From assembly GCA_964528025.1 (NCBI GenBank), contig CAZGOZ010000004.1:1-45089 (forward strand): DNA of 45,089 nucleotides. The letters are read 5' to 3'. Below are positions 16,597 through 24,480 of the stretch, one piece after another. This stretch comes from an uncultured Planctomycetia bacterium (GTDB lineage Bacteria > Omnitrophota > Gorgyraeia > Tantalellales > Tantalellaceae). Below the pieces are notes generated by a model. It saw only the letters and a program-made list of their open reading frames with translations, had not been told where the DNA came from and searched no databases. Both the position numbers and the translations under genes were made by a program. How positions within the stretch are numbered: the stretch's first letter is position 1; every line of letters starts with the position of its first letter.

Positions 16597-17703
16597 CTAC
16601 TCCAAAATGACTAGATTATCGCGGTGGACGACTTCATCATAGTCCTTATATCCCAGCTCGGTTTTTATCTTATCGGATCTTTTTCCCTTAATCTTTCCGA
16701 CCTCTTCCGCTGAATAATTCGCGAGGCCTTTTGCCACGAGCGTTCCGGAGTGGTCAAGGATATCAATGACATCCCCTTTTTTGAACTTTCCATGCGCTTC
16801 CGTTATACCGCTCGGGAGAAGGCTTTTTTTGCCGCTCAAGAGAGCATTGCAGGCGCCTTCGTCAACACGCACGGTGCCTTTCGCCTTCGGCCCGAACGCA
16901 ATCCAACGTTTACGCGCCCTCATGGGGCTATGTGAAGGATCAAATCTTGTGCCCCTCTCTTTACCCTCAACAATATCGGTTATCACTCCGACGCGGCCAC
17001 CGTGAGCTATAACACAGGGAATACCGCTCTTCACGACATTCCTGACCGCTTCAAGTTTTGTAACCATCCCGCCGGTGCCTTCGGAGTTTACTTTTTTCCG
17101 GCAAAAACCTGCAAGATCATCTTTTATCTTCACGCCTCGCCCAACATGTTTGATAACTTTTCCTTTACCATCGTAAAGCCCTTCCACATCCGTAAGTATT
17201 ATAAGCATGTCGGAATCGGCAAGATCCGCTACAAGCCCGGAAAGCCGGTCATTGTCGCCGCATCGTATCTCATCGGTCGCTACCGAATCATTCTCATTGA
17301 TCACGGGCACCGCCCTTAATCTCAGAAGAGTGTTCAGCGTATATCGTATATTTAAAAAACGCTTGCGATCGTTAAAGTCGTCCTGGGTGAGAAGTATCTG
17401 TCCCGCGGCGAAGCCTTTTCTGTTGAAGTTTTCGTTGTAGACGTCCATGAGATGGTTCTGACCAATGCTCGCGACTGCCTGCAATTCGGAAAGCGACCTG
17501 TGTTTCCTCTCAAGTTTCATCAATCCGAGACCGGCTCCTATCGCGCCGGAGGAAACCACAACAACATCAATTCCTTTTGACATCAGTGCGGATATCTCAT
17601 CGGCAAGTCGTCCTATTGTCTTGCGGTTAATCCCGCTTCGCGTGCCGGTAAGAACCCTAGTGCCAATCTTGACCGTTATTCTCTTGAGTTTCTTTTTTGA
17701 CAT
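16597..17703 (-). CDS. proB: Glutamate 5-kinase with C-terminal PUA domain
   Basis: ITVKIGTRVLT, VVVSSGAIGAG and NENDSVATDEIRCGDND, with a PUA-like C-terminus. Start at ATG 17703 (AAGGA RBS). The longer ATG at 17754 overlaps obg by 98 nt. Confidence 0.9.
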   Translation of the reverse strand: MSKKKLKRITVKIGTRVLTGTRSGINRKTIGRLADEISALMSKGIDVVVVSSGAIGAGLGLMKLERKHRSLSELQAVASIGQNHLMDVYNENFNRKGFAAGQILLTQDDFNDRKRFLNIRYTLNTLLRLRAVPVINENDSVATDEIRCGDNDRLSGLVADLADSDMLIILTDVEGLYDGKGKVIKHVGRGVKIKDDLAGFCRKKVNSEGTGGMVTKLEAVRNVVKSGIPCVIAHGGRVGVITDIVEGKERGTRFDPSHSPMRARKRWIAFGPKAKGTVRVDEGACNALLSGKKSLLPSGITEAHGKFKKGDVIDILDHSGTLVAKGLANYSAEEVGKIKGKRSDKIKTELGYKDYDEVVHRDNLVILE

Positions 17704-18658
17704 CTTCAATCCTTCGGTAAATCTCACCAATAAGTTCCGACAAACCCTTCCCATTTAACGCGGAAATGGAATAGACCTCACAACCTATCGCATGAGCAAA
17801 TTCTTTCGCTTTTTCATCGGCTCCCGGAAGATCCACTTTACTCGCGACCACCACGCGTGGTTTGTCATACACGGCTCCGCTGTACAATTCAAGTTCTTTT
17901 TCCAGCTTAAAATAATTCTCTGCCGGCGATGATCCGTCCGCGGGACATACGTCAACTATATGCACAAGAACGGATGTTCTTTCAATATGTCGCAAAAACC
18001 GATCCCCAAGTCCGCGGCCGGCGTGCGCGCCTTCTATCAGGCCCGGCATGTCCGCCACCACAAACGATTTTTCATGAAATTTTACAACCCCAAGTTTTGG
18101 ACTTCGCGTCGTGAAGGGATATGGCGCAATCTTGGAATGGGCTTTTGATATGCGTGAAACAAGCGTGGACTTTCCGGCATTGGGAAACCCGATAATCCCG
18201 GCGTCAGCCACGAGTTTCAACTCAAATAGGAGCGTTTTGATCTGGCCCGTTTCACCCGGCGTAGCAGAACTCAACTTTGCGTTTCCTTTGCCGCCGGCGC
18301 CGCCTTTTGCTACCACGACACGTTCGCCCTCGACCGCGAAATCTCTTATCACAAAACCGTTCGCCTCGTCCCTGACCACGGTCCCCACAGGAACCTTTAT
18401 CAGACAGTCCTTGCCTCTTCGGCCGTTTTTTCTGTTGGATCCGCCATGTTTACCGGAAGCAGCTCGATGATGTTGCTGATATTTAAAGTCCAGAAGTGTC
18501 CCAAGGCTGCGGTCACTTTCAATCACCACACCCCCTCCATCTCCGCCATCCCCGCCGTCAGGAATACCTCTGCGATGAAAAATATCCGTAAAGAAACTGT
18601 GGCAGCCCTTGCCGCCATTACCACCCTCAACGTAAATCTTTGCCTGATCTATCAACAT
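17657..18658 (-). CDS. obg: GTPase Obg/CgtA
   Basis: An Obg fold with a glycine-rich N-terminus (GGNGGKGC, GGDGGDGG), then GFPNAGKST, DMPGLIEGA and SKVD. Confidence 0.93.
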   Translation of the reverse strand: MLIDQAKIYVEGGNGGKGCHSFFTDIFHRRGIPDGGDGGDGGGVVIESDRSLGTLLDFKYQQHHRAASGKHGGSNRKNGRRGKDCLIKVPVGTVVRDEANGFVIRDFAVEGERVVVAKGGAGGKGNAKLSSATPGETGQIKTLLFELKLVADAGIIGFPNAGKSTLVSRISKAHSKIAPYPFTTRSPKLGVVKFHEKSFVVADMPGLIEGAHAGRGLGDRFLRHIERTSVLVHIVDVCPADGSSPAENYFKLEKELELYSGAVYDKPRVVVASKVDLPGADEKAKEFAHAIGCEVYSISALNGKGLSELIGEIYRRIEDVKKETQENNGQDWH

Positions 18659-18659
18659 T

Positions 18660-18902
18660 TTAACCGGGAATTACACTCACGATACGCGTACCGGAAAAAG
18701 TAACAATACCGGCACAGAGAGCAAAAAGCGTGTCGTCTTTCCCTTTTCCGACATTCGTGCCCGGAGTGTATCGCGTTCCTCTCTGTCGGATAAGTATACT
18801 TCCCGAGGTTACGCTCTGTCCCCCGAAACGTTTAACACCCAACCGCTTCGAATTAGAATCGCGACCGTTACGTGATGATCCCTGACCCTTTTTATGCGCC
18901 AT
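18660..18902 (-). CDS. rpmA: 50S ribosomal protein L27
   Basis: [24 protein letters not shown]... Confidence 0.95.
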   Translation of the reverse strand: MAHKKGQGSSRNGRDSNSKRLGVKRFGGQSVTSGSILIRQRGTRYTPGTNVGKGKDDTLFALCAGIVTFSGTRIVSVIPG

Positions 18903-18939
18903 GACTTCTCCTGATTGTTATTTCTGTTTTTTCGGCGGT

Positions 18940-19254
18940 CTACGCCAGAGAGATATCCGTGATTTTGAGTTCCGTCAACTCCTGACGATGCCCTTTTTTC
19001 GACTGAGAACTCTTTCTGTCCCTGTATTTAAACGCGATAACTTTCTTGCCGCGTTTATTTGCCGTTATCTCACATTCAATAAAAGCGTCTTTCACATAAG
19101 GTGTTCCGACATAGTACGTGGTACCTTTTTTTCCGAAAAGCACTTCTTTTACCTTGAAGGTCTTTTCTGACTGGTCTTTCAGCCTGTTAATAGTAATCTT
19201 ATCGTTTTTTTCAACTCTTACCTGAGTACCGTTCACTTCCATTATCGCATACAT
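18940..19254 (-). CDS. rplU: 50S ribosomal protein L21
   Basis: MYAIMEVNGTQVRVE..., 104 aa, directly upstream of rpmA. Confidence 0.93.
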   Translation of the reverse strand: MYAIMEVNGTQVRVEKNDKITINRLKDQSEKTFKVKEVLFGKKGTTYYVGTPYVKDAFIECEITANKRGKKVIAFKYRDRKSSQSKKGHRQELTELKITDISLA

Positions 19255-19340
19255 TACTACCCCCTACGGTTCCATAAGTCATTTTATAGTAAAAAGTTAC
19301 AGCAAGAGAACTGGTCTACGGAAGCCTAAAATACCGTATA

Positions 19341-19369
19341 ATGGTATCAGATAGTGAAAATCTTGTCAA
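19341..19369 (-). promoter_or_regulatory. Candidate sigma70-type promoter of rplU-rpmA-obg
   Basis: Minus strand reads TTGACA, a 17-nt spacer, then TACCAT. This leaves a ~85-nt leader before ATG 19254. Confidence 0.45.
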
Positions 19370-19393
19370 GTTCAAATAGCGTCTCGCCGGTAT

Positions 19394-20524
19394 CTATCGG
19401 TTCCAGCTGACGATCTCGACTTCTGTTCCACTGTCACCCGTACCCGTACCGGTAGGAATCGTTCTGACATAATTGTAATCAATATTGGCAAACACGTTGT
19501 CAATGTTTATCTTGCGGCCGGCAAGCAGAATACCGTTAATATCCACGATAGCCCCCCACTGCACGGCAACAAAATCCTGTTGCGCGTAAATAAGGGCTTC
19601 TTCCGTGTCTATGCGGCCAAAAACGCTTATGTTTCCCCCGCGAGCCACTACCATGTTGTAATCCCCATATTTTTTCTGGATCAAAGTTCCGTTTATACGG
19701 ATCTTCTCTGCCACAATACCCCCGCTCACCGTGCATACACCCTTGAAAGTCGCAATGCCTTCCACATAAACAATGCCGTTAGCCGGCGAAAGCGTCGTAT
19801 CAGTAAACGTTTTATTGCCGGAATAATAATCTCCGGAATCGATGGCCGCCGCCTTATGTAATTCATAATCAAATACGGGGAAATCTATCCGTGGAGCGCC
19901 TTCTTCCACGGTAGCACTGTCATTACTCTGGCCGTTAATATAGACATTCTCATCAAATTTATCCTGGAGATAATGAATGGTGCCTTCCTTCACTTCTCCC
20001 GTCGCCGACACTTCTCCCGTTATATCCATTCGCCCGAGAACAGGCCCTCCTGAAAGATAAACCATGTCATTCGCATGAATATCGCCATTTAAGCTTATGG
20101 TCGCGAAAGGGAAACAACGCAGCCGGATGGTATTTCCGACCCCAATCAAATAATCCAGGGCCGATGCCGCATTCTTCCGGATCTCAACCACCACGGTTCT
20201 TGAAACCCCTCCGGACGTACCTACTGACGTAACGAGATACCGGGTTCCAACCTGTGAAAACGTGACGACATAACTTCCCGTGTCCATAGTTGTCGCAAAA
20301 TCCGTCTGGGAGTCAAAACCACCCGCTTCAAGCTTTGCACGGGCATGATTTATGCCGGATTCGGCTATATTCTTCGCCTGTTCATTCAGCGTGGCGCGTT
20401 TCACCAATTCTATATCGCCTCTTAGGACGGAAGTAAATGCAAGTACAGTCGCTGACATCAGCAGCACAAAAACCATGACCAATATCAGAATGCTGCCTTT
20501 ATTTTGTATTTTAGACTTTATCAT
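19394..20524 (-). CDS. PilX_N-like minor pseudopilin, module A (no Glu5; repeat-rich C-terminal region)
   Basis: Start moved to ATG 20524 (MIKSKIQNKGSILILVMVFVLLMSATVLA) because the longer ORF begins inside a GC hairpin. Paralog of 23337-24473; both end in VSWNR. Confidence 0.7.
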   Translation of the reverse strand: MIKSKIQNKGSILILVMVFVLLMSATVLAFTSVLRGDIELVKRATLNEQAKNIAESGINHARAKLEAGGFDSQTDFATTMDTGSYVVTFSQVGTRYLVTSVGTSGGVSRTVVVEIRKNAASALDYLIGVGNTIRLRCFPFATISLNGDIHANDMVYLSGGPVLGRMDITGEVSATGEVKEGTIHYLQDKFDENVYINGQSNDSATVEEGAPRIDFPVFDYELHKAAAIDSGDYYSGNKTFTDTTLSPANGIVYVEGIATFKGVCTVSGGIVAEKIRINGTLIQKKYGDYNMVVARGGNISVFGRIDTEEALIYAQQDFVAVQWGAIVDINGILLAGRKINIDNVFANIDYNYVRTIPTGTGTGDSGTEVEIVSWNR

Positions 20525-20537
20525 TTGGATTCCTACT

Positions 20538-20590
20538 GGGCGGGTATAAAACCCGCCCCTACTCATTTCGGGCAGGTTTAGAACCTGCCC
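20538..20590. repeat. Two tandem GC-rich hairpins (GTAGGGGC...GCCCCTAC family)
   Basis: gggcgggt-ataaa-acccgccc followed by ggcaggtt-tag-aacctgcc, each followed by ctac. They sit between the stop of the giant pseudopilin and the start of the PilX-like gene. Confidence 0.85.
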
Positions 20591-22882
20591 CTACTTACTC
20601 GTGTTCCTCGGTTCTATTTCCAGTCTATTTTCTTCTTGTAAGATTCTGCCGAAAAAATCCACGGACGCTTTCATGTCCACGATAAGCGTCTTAATCAGTT
20701 CTCTTCCGTCAACCGTCACGGTTACCTGACCGTAATCATTTCTTTTAGCGATATCGCCACTGATCGTGCACACGCGATCTTTGCCCGGCCAGTCAACTTC
20801 AATGTCGTCAACCCATACCGAAGTCACTCCCGACACGAGAAACTCGCCGCTATATAAGGGGAACTCATAAGACGCTAAAGATACCTGTTCATTTACATAG
20901 TCCTCATAACTTTTCTTGCCTCCTCCGCCCGATATCTCCCAATACGGCACGGTTGAAAGTTCCGCCATGGACTGAACATAGCGTCCGGCAACGGCCGGAG
21001 GCGATCCGGAAGAAAGTGTTTCCCACTCTGCCGCACCGCTCATATTTTCGTCGTCTGAAGCCCGGGCTTTCACGGATGCCGCAGTGCCGACCGGACTGTA
21101 TTCCGACCATCTAATCGTGTTATACGCCGGATTATCCAGGGCCGTATTAAAAATCTGAGATTCAACGGTTCCGACCTTCCGCCAGCTATCAATTTCCGCA
21201 ACGGCAAAAATCTCGTCAGTAGAACCTTCCGGCGTGTAAACGCCCTGCCATGCGGGCGTCCCGACGGCCTTCTCTAAATCTGCCAGGTCGTATCCCGCGC
21301 CTGTAAGATAATAAGTATTAACCGAACTCCCGGGCCAGTATTTACAGGCTCCTCCCGCGGGGACGGTGACAAGATATGTTACAAGATAATCAACCGCGTT
21401 TCCGACGGAATCCGCTGTGATAAGCGGAAAGGCCGTCCACTCGCTCCACGCCTCCCCTCCCTGTGGCAAGCTTGGCAGTATTGTTATTCCGGAAACTATA
21501 TCATCAGTGACTCCATCGCCGTCAAAATCCTCGATGGTATCCCTGAAAAACAATTGCTGATGCATATGGTACTCTTTTGCATCTTCTCCGGGTATCGGAT
21601 TATCGTTTTCAAGACCGTCATAATTTTCCGCCCCGACAGCATTGTTTTTCCTTGTAATATAGGCCTTCTCTATGCGGAGACTGCTGCCGGCAGAAGAAGA
21701 TGTCATAAATCTAATCCGGATGAGATCCTTTTCTCGATTCAGGACCAGATACTGACTTTTTATCAGCGTCCTGATAACCATGGGATCATCGGCTTCGCCT
21801 GCCGGATTGGACGGATTAGCATATCCGTCAATTTCATTCGCGCCGGTCTGCTGCTGCGCATGCCATGCCACCTCTTCGGGATCGGTAGCATAGCCCGGCA
21901 GATCAAAGGCATTAGGAAGGTCAAGCGCGACTCTTTCCTCCTCTCCTGTAAGAGAAACGTTATCTCTAGATGCCACTTCAAAAGAAGAGTTCCGCCACAA
22001 ATCATAACCGTCCGTAATCTCTATCCAATCCCCGCTTCCCATGGCGGCATATTCAAGGTAATTGCCGTTTCCCCATTTGTCGCCATATACTCTCGAAGCC
22101 GTGAAGCCATTAGAGTTGAACATCCCCGGCAAAGCAAACGTGGAAATATAGTATTCGGCTTCCCGCACGCTTCCGGAAGGCGTAATCTTAAGATTATCTA
22201 TCCCGAAGGCATATCCGGATGAAGATGTATTTTTCCCCGCTACCGTAAAACGTATATCATGAGAACCGAGGCCGAGCTGAACATGACCAAAGGTAACATT
22301 TTTTTTGCATACGGCATCGGCGGATTCATCATAAAAATCAGTTATAGGAGAAGACGACGAAATTTCAAAACTTTCAAGATCGGTTCTTATAAGGTCCTTA
22401 TAGGAATCACCTGCTAACGTGCCGGATGCCACGTTCGCCAATTGGCCGTATCTCTCCTGCCGCCCCCATCCGCTGTTCCATGAATTAATAACCGTCCGCC
22501 GGAGTTTTTTTCCGACCCCTGCTTCTACTATTACATGATATATAACGGTTTTGTCCCAGGCAATTTTATTTTCGCCGTCAAGCGAATAAAGGCCGTCATC
22601 GTCAGCCTCAGCCAAAGGCATGCTTATGGCCGTAAAAACCGCGCCACCGGTGGGATAAAACAGCATATAAGTGCCGCTTGACAGACGAATATCCCTTCTT
22701 ATCGTTTCAAGGCCCTTCATCATATCTACACGCAGGGCGCTGCGGTACCTTTCGGCTGTCCACACTTTATGGAAAAATGTCCAAATCGAAAGGGTGGTTC
22801 CCAGAACAAACAGCGCAACACTCACCGCAATCAACAATTCCATGATTGTGACGCCTTTTCGTCCGAATATGCCGCCGTTCAT
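20591..22882 (-). CDS. Giant pseudopilin, module A (prepilin-type N-terminus, 763 aa)
   Basis: MNGGIFGRKG/VTIMELLIAVS (Gly-1, Glu+5). AAGGAG RBS before ATG 22882. Aligns along its whole length with 24481-26784. Confidence 0.75.
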   Translation of the reverse strand: MNGGIFGRKGVTIMELLIAVSVALFVLGTTLSIWTFFHKVWTAERYRSALRVDMMKGLETIRRDIRLSSGTYMLFYPTGGAVFTAISMPLAEADDDGLYSLDGENKIAWDKTVIYHVIVEAGVGKKLRRTVINSWNSGWGRQERYGQLANVASGTLAGDSYKDLIRTDLESFEISSSSPITDFYDESADAVCKKNVTFGHVQLGLGSHDIRFTVAGKNTSSSGYAFGIDNLKITPSGSVREAEYYISTFALPGMFNSNGFTASRVYGDKWGNGNYLEYAAMGSGDWIEITDGYDLWRNSSFEVASRDNVSLTGEEERVALDLPNAFDLPGYATDPEEVAWHAQQQTGANEIDGYANPSNPAGEADDPMVIRTLIKSQYLVLNREKDLIRIRFMTSSSAGSSLRIEKAYITRKNNAVGAENYDGLENDNPIPGEDAKEYHMHQQLFFRDTIEDFDGDGVTDDIVSGITILPSLPQGGEAWSEWTAFPLITADSVGNAVDYLVTYLVTVPAGGACKYWPGSSVNTYYLTGAGYDLADLEKAVGTPAWQGVYTPEGSTDEIFAVAEIDSWRKVGTVESQIFNTALDNPAYNTIRWSEYSPVGTAASVKARASDDENMSGAAEWETLSSGSPPAVAGRYVQSMAELSTVPYWEISGGGGKKSYEDYVNEQVSLASYEFPLYSGEFLVSGVTSVWVDDIEVDWPGKDRVCTISGDIAKRNDYGQVTVTVDGRELIKTLIVDMKASVDFFGRILQEENRLEIEPRNTSK

Positions 22883-22906
22883 ATTATCTCCTTGCGTATC
22901 ACTCAC

Positions 22907-23335
22907 TTACTCACTGGTATTAAAAAACACCGCTTCCATTGTTACTGGATGTCCCGATTCAACACCGTCCTCAAGTCTGTCTACGCTGACTTTTATCCTC
23001 AAAAGGTCGACATAGCCGGAATAGTCCTCAAAAACTTCGGTGGTCCGGTAATAGTCCGTTATCCCATCTCCGTTTGTATCAACGGACGTCTTCGTCTCCG
23101 GGGCTATAACGGGCAAATCACTGAAGGGAAATTTTCCGAGAACGTCTATCTGACGTTGGGCCAGAATAGAAGCCGTGTATACCTTATCGGCCTGTCCCGT
23201 AAATGTCACGCACCGGACTACCGCTACGATCAGAGCCACGAGAACCATAGCCATTATCCCGCTTGCCAACACCACTTCCACGAGGGTGAAGGCCGATTTA
23301 TATCCTGAACGTTTTTGGGGGGAATAGATTTTCAT
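22907..23335 (-). CDS. Small pseudopilin, module A (142 aa)
   Basis: ...GYKSA/FTLVEVVLASGIMAMVLV prepilin-type segment. ATG at 23335, next to the stop of the upstream gene. Contains a DTNGDGITD loop. Confidence 0.7.
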   Translation of the reverse strand: MKIYSPQKRSGYKSAFTLVEVVLASGIMAMVLVALIVAVVRCVTFTGQADKVYTASILAQRQIDVLGKFPFSDLPVIAPETKTSVDTNGDGITDYYRTTEVFEDYSGYVDLLRIKVSVDRLEDGVESGHPVTMEAVFFNTSE

Positions 23336-23336
23336 C

Positions 23337-24473
23337 TTATCGGTTCCAGCTGACCACCCTGACCCCGCTTGTCTCATCGGTCATGAAAAGCGGATAAATA
23401 TACGTATAAGTGTATGCGAGATCCGTCTTAACGTTAAACATGTCTATGTTTCTTTTTGCCAGCATTATACCTTTAACTCTGACAACGGGGGTTACCCACC
23501 AGACTGTTGCATGTGTTTTGATGTCCTGTGAAGCATAGACGCAGGCTTCCCGCACGTAAAGTTCTCCTCCGATATCTATATCTCCGTCTTTGGCGATTAC
23601 AACATTTCTGTCACCGCGTCTGAACTGATTAAGCGTGCCGTTAACATAAATATTATCGGCAATTATTCCGCCATTAATCGTGCAGGACCCTTCTATGGTT
23701 ACATCTCCGTCAACATAAACTATTCCGTTTTTCGGCGTCATGGTCTTGGAAGAAAATATCTGGGATGACTCGTAATAATCATCCGAATCATCGGCCGCGT
23801 CTTTATAGCTCGTATAATCAAACTCCGGGAAAGAGGCCCTTTTTGTGTCCTCATATACTCTTGCGCCGTCTCTGGCAACACCGTTAATCTCGACGTTTCG
23901 GTCCATTGTATCGGGACGATCGTGCCTTGTTCCTTCCCGGACAATATTCGAAGCGGAAACGTCTCCATCAATGGATAATTTGCTAAATATCTGCGCTACC
24001 AGAATAACATCGTTATTGGCGTGAATGTCTCCGGTTATGGAAAGCTCTTCCACCCCGGCATAGGCCTGTATCTTGATATTATTTCCGGCACACGCGATAT
24101 AATCCAAAGACGTTGGGGTTAAATCCTCTAATTCCGCCGATACCGTCGAAGAAGCCCCGGAAACGGTCCCTGTCGAAACCACAAGATGCTTGCCGGAGCT
24201 TTCAAGAAATTCCACGCTGTAAGAACCATTATCAAGACGGTCCGTGAAATTCGTACGTGAAACAAACCCGTTCTCCTGCAGTTTAGCAAGGGCATGATTT
24301 ATCCCCGCCTCGGCCATGTAACGCGCCTGTTCTCTCTCCGTGACAGCCTGGATAAACTTCACATCTGTCTGGACCATAGTAGATAGAGAAACCGTGCTGA
24401 AAGCCATTATTGCCACGAAAAGCATCACAACTATCAGAACTATTCCCTGTTCTTGTGTGGATCTTTTTTTCAT
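23337..24473 (-). CDS. PilX_N-like minor pseudopilin, module B
   Basis: MKKRSTQEQGIVLIVVMLFVAIMAFSTVSL...AEAGINHALAKL. 378 aa. Paralog of 19394-20524. Confidence 0.7.
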   Translation of the reverse strand: MKKRSTQEQGIVLIVVMLFVAIMAFSTVSLSTMVQTDVKFIQAVTEREQARYMAEAGINHALAKLQENGFVSRTNFTDRLDNGSYSVEFLESSGKHLVVSTGTVSGASSTVSAELEDLTPTSLDYIACAGNNIKIQAYAGVEELSITGDIHANNDVILVAQIFSKLSIDGDVSASNIVREGTRHDRPDTMDRNVEINGVARDGARVYEDTKRASFPEFDYTSYKDAADDSDDYYESSQIFSSKTMTPKNGIVYVDGDVTIEGSCTINGGIIADNIYVNGTLNQFRRGDRNVVIAKDGDIDIGGELYVREACVYASQDIKTHATVWWVTPVVRVKGIMLAKRNIDMFNVKTDLAYTYTYIYPLFMTDETSGVRVVSWNR

Positions 24474-24480
24474 CCAGCTC

